Shown here piece after piece: positions 24,001 through 35,062 of a DNA stretch of 49,967 nt. The stretch is taken from positions 1 through 49,967 of the forward strand of contig NIVC01003199.1 in the NCBI GenBank assembly GCA_002269645.1, in the 5' to 3' direction. Origin of the DNA: Macrostomum lignano. Taxonomy: Eukaryota. A model generated the notes under the pieces. That model was not told the DNA's origin, did not search any database, and saw only the letters and a list, made by a program, of their open reading frames with translations. The position numbers and the translations under genes are program-made. Numbering within the stretch: the first letter of the stretch is position 1; every line of letters begins with the position of its first letter.

Positions 24001-27000
24001 CAGGCAGACAGGCAGGCCGCATGTGTCAGGGTGTGTGGAGTGGAGCCGATTGGAGAGGAGGGTAGGGTAAGGGTGTAGAAAATAGCTGCACATATTGTGA
24101 AGGGGAGAGAAAAGGGAGTATATACATACATACATACATACATATATATCCCTTATGATATATAAGCCATAGTCCGCCCAGCATAACCTATAGGCTGGCT
24201 ACAAGATCTGCTGACTGCCAATGCACAAAGCATTCCTTTTAACAAATGGCAACAAATGCTTTTTTAGTCTGCAGTAGTATCCTAACCACAACTGTATTCA
24301 TCATATATATATAAGCCATATATATGGTATAGTAAAAATAGATTTACACATCTTAGTATAGGTGTTGAATAGATACTAACACGGGTCTAACCTTTGCTAA
24401 AAAAGATATATTTACTTCCTAAAATTAGCATCTAGTCAGCAGACTCCATGCGTACATTATATAGATTACTAAAACTAAAATACGAACTAGCTCAGCTTTC
24501 AAGGACTACTGTGATTTATTATTAGAGACAGGGAGCTGTGTGCACCCATGGCGCACTTTAAGCGACATTGTCAACACAACCGGTAAGAGGCAGTCATTCC
24601 ACGGACTCCCTGAGCAGGCAGCACACAAGCACACAGTGGTGTACAGCGGCCCCAACTTTATTTATCGTCAGCCATGTACACTTCACTGCGCCTTAGTGGG
24701 TTGGGTTGGCTCTTAAAGGCGCAAATAAACAAATAAACAAACAGCAAACACTTACTGCCAATCTGCTTGCCAAGTTTCTTCTCGCCGTTAAGCCAGTACT
24801 GTAATAAAAATAATAAGTATACAATAGAATTAATTTTGACACTTAAAATGATAAAAAAACCAACAAGTTCAACATCTTACAGTACAATAAGTAAAGTAAT
24901 TGGATTTGAGAGTTGTAGTTGCACTATCAAAGAGCATGACCTCAAGGCTTAGAGGGGTATAGAGAGAGAGGGAGATGCTTTTACAGGCATGCAATAAATC
25001 ACATGGCAACCGAGAATAGGAAAGAGGAGAGGGGAGAGGCAGAAAGAGCACAGTCGCATTATGATTCAGTCTGTTTGATTCCCTCCACATTAGCGATAAG
25101 CCAGTTCACAGTGAAGACATATGCATCAATTTTATTTGACAATACTTACAAATATATTGTTTGAGTCGCGATAGCACAAGCCGAAGTACTCTTTCTCGTG
25201 TAGGCCCAGCGTGATGCAGGTCTCGTCGAATAGTTCTTGAGCCTTGGCGTTGGTCTGAAATTGGATTAATAGTAATATAGTGCTCAATGGCTCACTGTTT
25301 AGGGACCTGAGTTGGGGCTCAGGATCTCACTGAGGGACCTGAGTTGGGGCTCAGGATCTCACTGAGGGACACCTGAGTTGGGGCTCAGGATCTCACTGAG
25401 GGACACCTGAGTTGAGGTTCAGGATCTCACTGAGGGACCTGAGTTGGGGCTCAGGAAATCACTGAGGGACACCTGAGTTGGGGTTCAGGATTTCACTGAG
25501 GGACCGCTGAGTTGGGGTTCAGGATCTCACTGAGGGACCTGAGTTGGGGCTCAGGATCTCACTGAGGGACCTGAGTTGGGGCTCAGGATCTCACTGAGGG
25601 ACACCTGAGTTGGGGCTCAGGATCTCACTGAGGGACACCTGAGTTGAGGTTCAGGATCTCACTGAGGGACCTGAGTTGGGGCTCAGGAAATCACTGAGGG
25701 ACACCTGAGTTGGGGTTCAGGATTTCACTGAGGGACCGCTGAGTTGGGGTTCAGGATCTCACTGAGGGACCTGAGTTGGGGCTCAGGATCTCACTGAGGG
25801 ACCTGAGTTGGGGCTCAGGATCTCACTGAGGGACACCTGAGTTGGGGCTCAGGATCTCACTGAGGGACCTGAGTTGGGGCTCAGGATCTCACTGAGGGAC
25901 CTGAGTTGGGGCTCAGGATCTCACTGAGGGACCTGAGTTGGGGCTCAGGATCTCACTGAAGACACCTGAGTTGAGGTTCAGGATCTCACTGAGGGACCTG
26001 AGTTGGGGCTCAGGATCTCACTGAGGGATCTGAGTTGAGGTTCAGGATCTCACTGAGGGACCTGAGCTGGGGCTCAGGATCTCACTGAGGGACCTGAGTT
26101 GGGGCTCAGGATCTCACTGAGGGATCTGAGTTGGGGCTCAGGATCTCACTGAGGGATCTGAGTTGAGGTTCAGGATCTCACTGAGAGACTTGAGTTGAGG
26201 TTCAGGATCTCACTGAGGGACACCTGAGTTGGGGCTCAGGATCTCACTGAGGGATCTGACTTGAGGTTAGGATCTCACTGAGGGATCTGAGTTGAGGTTC
26301 AGGATCTCACTGAGAGACTTGAGTTGAGGTTCAGGATCTCACTGAGGGATCTGAGTTGGGGTTCAGGATCTCACTGAGAGACTTGAGTTGAGGTTCAGGA
26401 TCTCACTGAGGGATCTGAGTTGAGGTTCAGGATCTCACTGAGAGACTTGAGTTGAGGTTCAGGATCTCACTGAGGGATCTGAGTTGAGGTTCAGGATCTC
26501 ACTGAGAGACTTGAGTTGAGGTTCAGGATCTCACTGAGGGATATGAGTTGAGGTTCTCTCTCTCACTGAGGGATCCTAGTTGAGGTTCAGGATCTCACTG
26601 AGGGATATGAGTTGAGGTTCAGGATCTCATTGAGGGATATGAGTTGAGGTTCAGGATCTCATTGAGGGATATGAGTTGAGGTTCAGGATTTCACTGAAGT
26701 GTATGCAATACAACAAAAGTACATTCAGTTTAAAAATGTAAAACTTCAACCACCAGAGACAGTAGAGATACTAGAAAACGGAGAAAACCCTCCAAAATAC
26801 AAATTTTATCAATATATCAAAGGGCTAAAGCAGAGAGCTAGAACAGACAGATAGTGGAGAAGAGGACTGCAGAAGAGAGATTATTATGCGGGATCTAAGG
26901 CACGAGGGAAAAATCCAATTTACTAGATAGGACCGAGCGAAGCCTGGGTCAGAGACTGTAAAAATGGAGAAGCTCCACTGTCTGTACTACAGGCTGCCTC

Positions 27001-30000
27001 TCCCGCCCAAGCGTAGCCATCATACTGTCAGGGGGAGAGGGTCAAACTAATTCCCAAAATGAACTGTGAGCCAGTCTGAGTCAGTCTTAGCGGAACTCAA
27101 AGGGAAGAAAATTTATAAGAATAATATTTCGGAGTTTGCAGGTTTTTGTGCAATTTCTTTAAAGTACATTGACATGATCTATATTGAAATCTAATGATTT
27201 TTTGCAAAAACTTGGTTTCTTATATACGATAATTATTCTGCAATCTAGTACGCCATGATCCTGCAATCTAGTATGCCATAATCCTGCAATCTAGTATGCC
27301 ATAATCCCTGCAATCTAGTATGCCATAATCCCTGAAATCTAGTATGCCATAATCCCTGCAATCTAGTATGCCGTGATCCTGCAATCTAGTATGCCATGAT
27401 TCAGATTCTGCAATCTAGTATGCCATGATTCAGATTCTGCAATCTAGTATGCCATGAGTCTGCAATCTAGTATGCCATGAGTCTGCAATCTAGTATGCCA
27501 TAATCCTGCAATCTAGTATGCCATGATTCTGCAATCTAGTATGCCATAATCCTGCAATCTAGTATGCCATGATCCTGCAATCTAGTATGCCATGATTCTG
27601 CAATCTAGTATGCCATGATCCTGCAATCTAGTATGCCATAATCCCTGCAATCTAGTATGCCGTGATCCTGCAATCTAGTATGCCATAATCCTGCAATCTA
27701 GTATGCCATGATCCTGCAATCTAGTATGCCGTGATCCTGCAATCTAGTATGCCATAATCCTGCAATCTAGTATGCCATGATTCTGCAATCTAGTATGCCA
27801 TGATCCTGCAATCTAGTATGCCATAATCTCTGCAATCTAGTATGCCGTGATCCTGCAATCTAGTATGCCATGAGTCTGCAATATAGTATGCCATAATCCT
27901 GCAATCTAGTATGCCATGATCCTGCAATCTAGTATGCCATGATCCTGCAATCTAGTATGCCATAATCCTGCAATCTAGTATGCCATGATTCTGCAATCTA
28001 GTATGCCATGATTCTGCAATCTAGTATGCCATGATCCTGCAATCTAGTATGCCATGATTCAGATTCTGCAATCTAGTATGCCATGATCCTGCAATCTAGT
28101 ATGCCATAATCCTGCAATCTAGTGTGCCATGATTCTGCAATCTAGTATGCCATGTTTCAGATTCTGCAATCTAGTATGCCATGATTCAGATTCTGCAATC
28201 TAGTATGCCATGATTCAGATTCTGCAATCTAGTATGCCATGATCCTGCAATCTAGTATGCCATAATCCTGCAATCTAGTATGCCATGATCCTGCAATCTA
28301 GTATGCCATGATTCAAATTCTGCAATCTAGTATGCCATGATCCTGCAATCTAGTATGCCATGATTCTGCAATGCAGCCCTTTAAAATATTAAGCATTTAA
28401 AGTGGCCAATTAAATTCGGGACGCCAAACGGTCTGATAGCTGGTGCTTAATTTAGCCATTTGAAAATCATAAAACATGAGGGGCCATCTCTTCTCTTAAT
28501 CACTAAACAAATAGCAGTGCAGTGCGGTAAGGGAGGGAGCTTTTAAAATGCTTGTTAGCAGCAACAGCAAGTATAGTTGTGCCCTCACTATGATGCCTCA
28601 GTGTATTTAGTGGATTAGCCTAATAGTAGAATAGAAGTGATGAATGACTGATGCAGGATTGGATTTCAAATGCAGCCCAGTTGCCTGCGTAAATTAACTT
28701 TCGGGTTACAAAAAATAAGCTTTAAATATCAGCTTAGTAGCTTCAGTTCCCGCTACCAATGCTAACTTCTCTTTAGCAATAAAGGTCGAAGTCCCATCCA
28801 GATTCTTATCGGGTATTGCTTTCTTCATTTCTTGATATATATTGGCATCCCCAATGAGATGAATTCTCATATTTAGGATTTGAATTTTCAGTTTAGATCT
28901 AGATCTGAATTATTATAGTTTAAGAACAGAATTCTTATTGATAATTAAGATCTGATTCTAAATTATAGTTGAAGTCGGAATTATCATTGTTGTGGTCTGA
29001 ATTCTCCCAGTAAGGATCTGAATTCTCACAGTAAGGATCTGAATTCTTACAGTAAGGATCTGAATTCTCACAGTAAGGATCTGAATTCTTACAGTAAGGA
29101 TCTGAATTCTCCCAGTAAGGATCTGAATTCTCCCAGTAAGGATCTGAATTCTCACAGTAAGGATCTGAATTCTTACAGTAAGGATCTGAATTCTTACAGT
29201 AAGGATCTGAATTCTTACAGTAAGGATCTGAATTCTCACAGTAAGGATCTGAATTCTCACAGTAAGGATCGGAATTCTCATAGTAAGGATCTGAATTCTC
29301 ACAGTAAGGATCTGAATTCTCACAGTAAGGATCTGAATTCTCATAGTTGAGATATGAATTTGCATATTTGAGATCTGAATTCTCATTGTTGAAATTTAAA
29401 TTCTCATAGTTAAGACCTGAATTCTCACAGTTTTTTAATTTAAATTCTTATAGTTGAGATCTAAATTCCCACAGTTGAGATCTAAATTCTCATAGTTAAG
29501 ACCTGAATTCTTTTAGTTGAGACCTGAATTCTCTTAGTTGAGACCTGAATTCTCACAGCTTACTAAACCCGAATTCTTATAGTTGAGATCTGAATTTTCA
29601 TAGTTAAGACCTGAATTCTCATAATTAAGACCTGAATTCTCATAGTTAAGACCTGAATTCTCTTAGTTAAGACCTGAATTCTCATAGTTGAGACCTGAAT
29701 TCTCTTAGTTGAGACCTGAATTCTCACAGCTTACTAAGACCCGAATTCTCATAGTTGATATCTAAATTCTCATAGTTAAGACCTGAATTCTCATTATTGA
29801 GATCTGAATTCTTATCTTTTGAGATCTAAATTTGTATCATAAGAATATTGATTTTCATCATTACAGTTGGAATTAGGAATTCTTACCAACCCAGAGAGAA
29901 ATCCCCATACTGATTATCCCCAAATACAATACTATAAATATGCCATAGGATATAATGAAAAGCTCACATCAACATCAAACGAGTGCACAGATCCATCCAG

Positions 30001-30345
30001 CATAACAACTTGGCAGGGCCGCAGTTTCCCAGCCGGTGTATTCTGTTTACTAGGCGGCAGAGAAGAGCCGGGTGTGCCAATAATGCCGCCAGCCGAAGCG
30101 GAGCCATGCCGAGCCATTGTGCCGCTAATCTGTGGCGAAGCGGCGGCGGCCTGATGCAGTGACATGCCTTTGTCGCGCAGAGTGTAATAATCCTTCTTAG
30201 ACATTGTATTAGCTTCGCTGTAGTCCATTGGCAAGGTGGCGCTCTGTTGGGCAGCCAGTGGTTGCGACTGCTGGTGCTGGTACTGGCGACTGTTATCTAG
30301 GCTAGCCAGGTTCATGCTGCCCTGGGTGGTTTCCCCGTCTGACAT
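12038..30345 (-). CDS. Band 4.1/coracle-like FERM-FA protein fused to two DDX1-type SPRY domains; 14 exons (30345-29968, 25254-25150, 24798-24756, 22084-21427, 20776-20613, 20040-19751, 19114-18530, 18255-17743, 16632-16570, 16470-16336, 16204-16043, 13965-13744, 13066-12971, 12175-12038), ~1183 aa
   Basis: All junctions are GT-AG and phase-consistent (exon sum 3552 nt). FERM motifs: CQVVMLDGS, KEYFGL, YWLNGEKKL, FMVKFYPPDP, MYGLDMH, WPKILKVSYKR, KRLWRAVVEHHGFFR. The last four to six small exons are less certain. Confidence 0.8.
12275..12830 (+). repeat. 39-bp minisatellite, ~14 copies (FERM gene intron 13)
   Basis: Unit TGTCTATGGCCAGAACTTTCATTTCTAGCTTTGATCTGC; gives 13-aa periodic ORFs. Confidence 0.95.
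13158..13700 (+). repeat. 27-bp minisatellite (13158-13568) followed by related 19-bp minisatellite (13575-13700)
   Basis: Units ATCTCACCCCTGTATCTCAGAGTCTAT and TCTCCCTGTATCTCAGGGG share CCCTGTATCTCAG. Confidence 0.9.
14440..15720 (+). repeat. ~51-bp polypyrimidine minisatellite (~1.3 kb)
   Basis: Unit CCTGTCTTCTCTCCTCTCTTCTTTTTCCTCTCTCCCCTCTCCTCTCCTCCC; almost only C/T with about one G per unit (TGTC at 15271 and 15322). Confidence 0.95.
16662..17590 (+). repeat. 21-bp minisatellite (16662-17040) switching to a 24-bp minisatellite (17045-17590)
   Basis: TTAGGGATCTGTGTAGATTGC and AAGGGATCTGTGGGGATCACTAAA; shared core AGGGATCTGTG. Confidence 0.95.
17743..18255 (-). CDS. SPRY domain 2 exon (DDX1-type SPRY)
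   Basis: GVRANKG...FYYEV...RAGWTT...IGRD...GKKMH...YGEPFGKGDVVGCFLDLDHG...FYPTV...NLGQTPFKYPP. Acceptor ACCAG|GGC, donor GAC|GTGAGT. Confidence 0.9.
18275..18470 (+). repeat. Degenerate (GAT)n/(TGATTGA) low-complexity tract in the intron between the SPRY exons
   Basis: gatgattgatgatgattgttgatgg... run. Confidence 0.75.
18530..19114 (-). CDS. SPRY domain 1 exon (DDX1/hnRNP-U-type SPRY)
   Basis: GCRTDRGV...WYYEATV...RVGWST...LGDDAHGFGYG...GDVVGVFVDLD...NGKELGLAY...FYPA...NFG. Acceptor CCCAG|GGC, donor CAG|GTGGGC. Confidence 0.9.
19255..19445 (-). mobile_element. Second, more diverged and 3'-truncated copy of the tRNA-derived SINE
   Basis: GGGTCGCCACACACACCCTCAATTACC...CAGCTGGGTGAACTGAAGCAAT... 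matches 9903-10088. Confidence 0.85.
19460..19695 (+). repeat. 23-bp minisatellite, ~10 copies
   Basis: Unit AGTACACATGTACTAGTTCAAAA containing the inverted repeat AGTAC-ACAT-GTACT. Confidence 0.95.
20150..20480 (+). repeat. Degenerate GGATTAGGGATTT(G/A)A repeat
   Basis: Recurring AGGATTAGGGATTT units of variable length. Confidence 0.8.
20900..21310 (+). repeat. Degenerate ~50-bp AT-rich repeat
   Basis: Recurring GATTATTGATTAT...AAGGATTAATCCAGTAGAGATTATC...ATAATCCAAG. Confidence 0.8.
21427..22084 (-). CDS. FERM central and C-lobe exon
   Basis: ORF 21423-22061, with classic band 4.1 motifs (TRYYMALQIRQNL, LGSYVVQSEIGDF, FLQNAKKLAMYG, GVYHSGVLVYRN). Confidence 0.95.
22204..22497 (+). repeat. 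22-bp minisatellite, ~12 copies, each with a TCACGTGA palindrome
   Basis: Unit TCGTGACAATCACGTGACAGTA; AATCACG at 22210 and 22232. Confidence 0.9.
23352..23720 (+). repeat. 40-bp minisatellite, ~9 copies
   Basis: Unit GACGGTCACATTTGAGGGCCACATGAGTGACCATTTGTTT; CGGTCAC at 23354 and 23394. Confidence 0.95.
25300..26698 (+). repeat. 32-34-bp minisatellite, ~43 copies
   Basis: Unit GAGGGACCTGAGTTGGGGCTCAGGATCTCACT, with internal inverted repeat CCTGAG/CTCAGG. Confidence 0.95.
27238..28372 (+). repeat. 23-bp minisatellite (24- and 29-bp variants), ~47 copies
   Basis: Unit CTGCAATCTAGTATGCCATGATC. Confidence 0.95.
28995..29810 (+). repeat. 21-bp minisatellite, homogeneous left half and diverged right half
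   Basis: Unit TCTGAATTCTCACAGTAAGGA; gives the spurious (VRIQILT)n ORF. Confidence 0.95.
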
Positions 30346-30731
30346 GCCGCCGTGATCTGTGTCATCCTGAGCGATGGTGGTAAGGCAATCATAGAATTAT
30401 AGTTCTGAGTTCTGATTCTAAGCTACTTCACGATATGTTAACACCCAGCTGATTAAATGAGTCTATCATGCAATTCATTAGAACTAAAGCTTAAAAAAGA
30501 TTATTGAAGATTGGCAACTACATTAGAAAAAAGGGAGATTAGCCAAAGAAGTTGAATTAATATTAAGAGTTTGGAATGGATCAAATTTTTTGGGATTGGA
30601 ATTCTAATTTTACTATAATCTTAGGATTTGATTTTTTAATAGAAAAATTATACATAAACCTGACCCTAAGTTATTTAGGTATTTAACAGTTAGTATAAAA
30701 ATTGATTCATAACAATTATACATAAAAAGTA

Positions 30732-31527
30732 CCCGTTGGAAAAGTTATGCACCTGCAGAGGCATAAAAGGTGAACGAGGTGCACAAAAGAGGCACTTTGG
30801 TGGCCTATTTCGAGCATGTTTTGGAAATGCACCTGAGTGCACCTTTTATGCCTAAATGTCACCACCAATATTTTTGAAGAGGCATAAAAGGTGTAAAATC
30901 GGTGAAGTGGTCAGGCAGTAGATGAATTCTCAATTTTGATTGGTTGCGGCGGTAGGGGCAGTAAAGGTGTATAAGGGGCAACTGGAGGTGCGCAAAAGTT
31001 CCAATGACTTTCAAATACTGAAGAAAAGTTTCGAAAAAGTGGTGAAAAGTTTTGCATTAGTGAGGAAAAGTTTCGAATCTTTCCAAAGAGAGAATAGTAA
31101 GGAAAAGTAGCTAAGAACTTTTGCAAGTTGGAAGGCCCCTGCATACCTTTTATGCCTTACGTGCCCATTGTAACCTTTTGTTCACCTTTTGTGCCTCCAA
31201 TGCACACTGTACACCTTTTATGCACCTCCACCGCGGCAAACTTTTTGTTCACTTTTCACTCCACCAATACCCCCAATTCCTACTTTGTTCACCTTTTGTG
31301 CCTCCAATGCACACTCTGCACCTTTAATGCACCTAATTCCCCTATGACACCTGTGCCCCTATTGCTTATTTCATGCCTTAAATTCACGTTTTGACCCTGC
31401 AGAGGCATTCATGTGAACATGCGGTGCACAAGTGGAACATAATAGGCATAAGAGAGGCAAAAGTGAGGCAGAATGTGCAAAACTCTTCACCTTTAATGCC
31501 TACTTTAGAAAATAAAAATCCAACGGG
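30732..31527. mobile_element. Non-autonomous DNA transposon (CMC/EnSpm-like), 796 bp
   Basis: TIR CCCGTTGGA...TCCAACGGG flanked by 3-bp direct repeat GTA; many subterminal AGGCATAAAAGGTG / CACCTTTTATGC motifs in both orientations. Confidence 0.75.
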
Positions 31528-34500
31528 GTACCCATGGCAACTCACAACAAATATATCAATTAAAAATCTTTTTATAACTATAACTATACAATTCTAGTGA
31601 TTTAATAAAAAGCCATAGTTTTCTATATCTGACTATAACCATAATTAAAAGCCTCATTATAAGTGAAAAACTATATAGATCTATGATTTATCATATATAT
31701 AAACTAGACAATTATGATACATCTTAAACACTAGATGAAAAGATTATTGCACTAGATGGAAATAGGATTATTGCATTGGCTAAGACATGGATTATTGCAC
31801 TACCTGAGAAAGCAATTATTGCATTAGTGGAGGAAATATAAATATTGCTGCATGCATTAGCATTTTGCTATCTGGGGGATGCTTGCTATTGTATTTGGGA
31901 AGGGGGGACTGGGGGTGCTTACTATTAGGGGGCACTATATTGCTAGTAAATAAATTATAAAAATTAGCAGAAAACTAATATTCTGATATCCTAATATACA
32001 TTATATCTATATAAGCAATTAACAAATAAAAAGTATCAAAGTAAAAAGGTCTATATAGTAATGTTCTTTCTTTATTAATTCCAAATATAGGCCTATTTGG
32101 TATGAGAACTTTCCTTTATTGCAAGCTTTTCAAAAGGTGAAATTGACACTATTGTCTATTATATTCCTGTTTTGGTTCCAACCCAATTTGACAAATGAAT
32201 TTTTGGCAAAAATCAATAATGGCAAAAAATACTTTCATAATGACTATTTTGTCTATTCTAAAGCTGGCCTTTTTGGCAAACAATTTGCTAAGATTGATCC
32301 AAGCTTTGGCAAAGAGTGAAGAGTTTTTTGTTGCAGAAAAGTCCAAATAAAAAAGTTGAACTTTAAAAAAACTATTTTATTGTCATATATATGATTAGTA
32401 AAATATTTATTAGGTACCATTATAGTATGATAAGGTTTTAAAGTACAATTTAGGAATTAGAACTAAAAACACATTGTCATTCCTAAATAATCTATCAATT
32501 GCACTTTGCATATACATTTATATGCATTTTAAAAAATTATAATTTACAAACTACAAATACTTGTATATGCAAAGCATTCAATAAATAATTTCTTAATTAA
32601 GCTATAACCACCAAAGTGGTATATTATAATTATAAGATAAGTAGTATATCTTTTTTGCCAAACTGGTCACATTTTTTGCTAAAATTTATATCTATATAAA
32701 CAAAAACTCACTTTTACTTAAGTGTCTTTAGTAAAAATGGGCTATACCCTTTGTTTTAATGTACTTTTTTGTTTGTATGTAATGTAATATATGCAATGTT
32801 TTAATCACTATTAGATTATTAAAAAAAACCATTGCTAATAGTAAAACTATGCAAAAATTAAGATAAATAGGCATATGCAGCAAGGTATTTATTTTGTGCT
32901 AGGCTACTTGCTTTATATAATGTTAAATATCTATAGGTCAGGCTACAATAAAAGCTAAAGCCAAAAGGAATGATTATAATATAATACAATTCCAATATAG
33001 CATTTTTTCCTAATTATTACTAATAGGAAGTGAGTGAAATATAGACCTAGACTTACTATCTATTTAGACACTTAGAACTGTGGCCATCTTGGTCATGTGC
33101 CACTCTCCCAAAGATGTTGTTTTCTCCACAAATTTGCAATATACATGGCATGAGGGTTTTTGGCCTTTGCACTGTGTACATTATTGTATGCAATAAGACT
33201 TTGTATATAATGGATAAATAATCAGTGGTCCAAGTGCTTGACGATTGTCTAGCAAGCGCCAGTAGGTGCAAGCTATAGACAAATCGTTGTCATATGCTGC
33301 CACACTCTGGATCATATAGTATGCACCCAAAAATTTGGGCTTGCATTGGCCTTGCATGCCAAAATTAGGCATGCACAGTTGGTGTGCATCACTCCTGAGA
33401 AAATAGTATGCGTGCACACCTGGAGTGCACTTTATAGAATCCCGCGTAAGAGTTATTGTGAAGTAGAAAACAGATGAAAAAGTTCATTTTAAGCACAAAT
33501 TTCAAGCTTTCCAGTTTTTTTAAGCTTGTAAAAGAGCATTTAAACAAATCTTTTTGTGTATACATTTTCCGCTCTAAATAGTATTGCCGAAAAGCAACCA
33601 AATTATCTAGTAATAAAGGTCTATTATATTATGCAATTTAAAAAGGTATTTTATTGTCACAATGTAAAAAAGGTCATTTATTGTCGCAACACCAGTGTAT
33701 TTTTGAGAATGGGCATGCACTACATTTTTTTCGGTGTGCATTTGTAATTATTCAATTTTTGTTTGGGCGTGCACCCAGCATGATCCGGACTATAGACGTT
33801 CTACGACCACTGATTCTTCGCATTGTTTTTCTATTTGACAATCCTACAGCCAATGCATTGTTTGTAGTAATGAATTGTTTTGCATTAAAAATATGAATTA
33901 TGATAGTCAAATTGCAAGACAATGGTGTATACAAAAAATGTAGTATGCAGTTGCATGCTAAATGGATTTGGAAATAAAATAAAGGCTATAATTTGGCTAA
34001 ACCCAGACTCCGGATGGTATACATATATGCAAGAATTTTCTGGCATACAGAAGGACCTAGATACACCATTGGCATACAACTTGGCATACAAAGGGGCCTA
34101 GTATGCCCTCTTGGTGTATAGCTTGGTGTATAGAGATTGCCAAGACTAGCAGGTAGAACCAAAAGTTCAAAGTCCCAACAAACAATCTACACAATTAGCA
34201 TACAAAAATGATTAAGTTTGCATTTGGCATAGTCTCTATATACATAGTTACAGTAGCTAAATTTTGATCAGAAAGAATAGCTAGCCTTTTAGGAAAAAAT
34301 GGAAAACTAAACTAAAAAAACTAGGTTTAACTTTTCTAAGAAATTTAAAGTAAAACAAAAATAGCTAAAATGAACTAGTTCTTTACAGTTTAATAAAAAA
34401 ATTCAGTTTCGAAGTTTGTAATTGGTAATGTCTTATGCCTGATTTAAATTGTTTTTTTTAGATTTCTGAATAATCTTGGCATGTGGCCTGCAGATTCAAA

Positions 34501-34924
34501 AAGTTTTGTGGCATGCATAGGCCCTAGAACATATTTGGGACTAGGCCCTATGCTATGGATGGGTCATGCACCTTGGTTTAGGATTAAAAACTAAAAATTA
34601 TATGCCTTGGTTTAATTAATATTGAGGCAGGCCCAATATTCTTATATTTATACCATTTCAAATTTACGCCAAATTTCTTAGTTACTGAATTATTTTGTTT
34701 AAGTGAAACATTTGTTATACTTATAGCGAAGAAGAATTATTTTGTTTAAATTGATGAAGCAATATTTTGTTTAAACACATCCTGCGCACCCGTCCTCCCC
34801 CCCCCCAGTAAAAACCTATAAATACAAGCGTTTTTCGGGCTTTAAAACTTCGCCCACCGTTTCCTTGATTTGGTTAAGCAAAGCAAAACATGTTGTCTTA
34901 GTCATTGGAAAGCAAGACAGGAGA

Positions 34925-35062
34925 GAAAGCTGTTAGAAGCAAGAAAAGCAGAAAAAGGCCAAAGGAGCTGTAAGAAGCCAAAAAAAGCCGTAAGAGGCCA
35001 GGAAAGCTGTAAGAAGCCAGAAGAAGCCGTAAGAGGCCAGGAAAGCTGTGAGAAGCCAGAAA
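34925..35062 (+). repeat. 39-bp purine-rich tandem repeat, ~3 degenerate copies
   Basis: GCTGTAAG at 34967 and 35006. Confidence 0.7.

Noticed and set aside
26750-27060. Purine-rich patch with NPPKYKFYQYIK, like LINE inter-domain motifs
   Set aside because: Too short and interrupted to call.
25300-28372. Regularly spaced repeats that could look like CRISPR arrays (also 38131-38535, 23352-23720)
   Set aside because: Units are directly adjacent with no unique spacers, there are no cas genes, and the context is eukaryotic.
25300-29810. CAG|GT and GTGAG/TTCAG motifs in the sense strand of intronic arrays as possible recursive splice sites
   Set aside because: Such short motifs are expected by chance, the polypyrimidine tracts are weak, and there is no transcript evidence.
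33050-34620. Region with scattered TTGGCATA/TGCACC/GCATGC motifs
   Set aside because: Could be a decayed non-autonomous element, but no TIR, TSD or fixed period could be defined.
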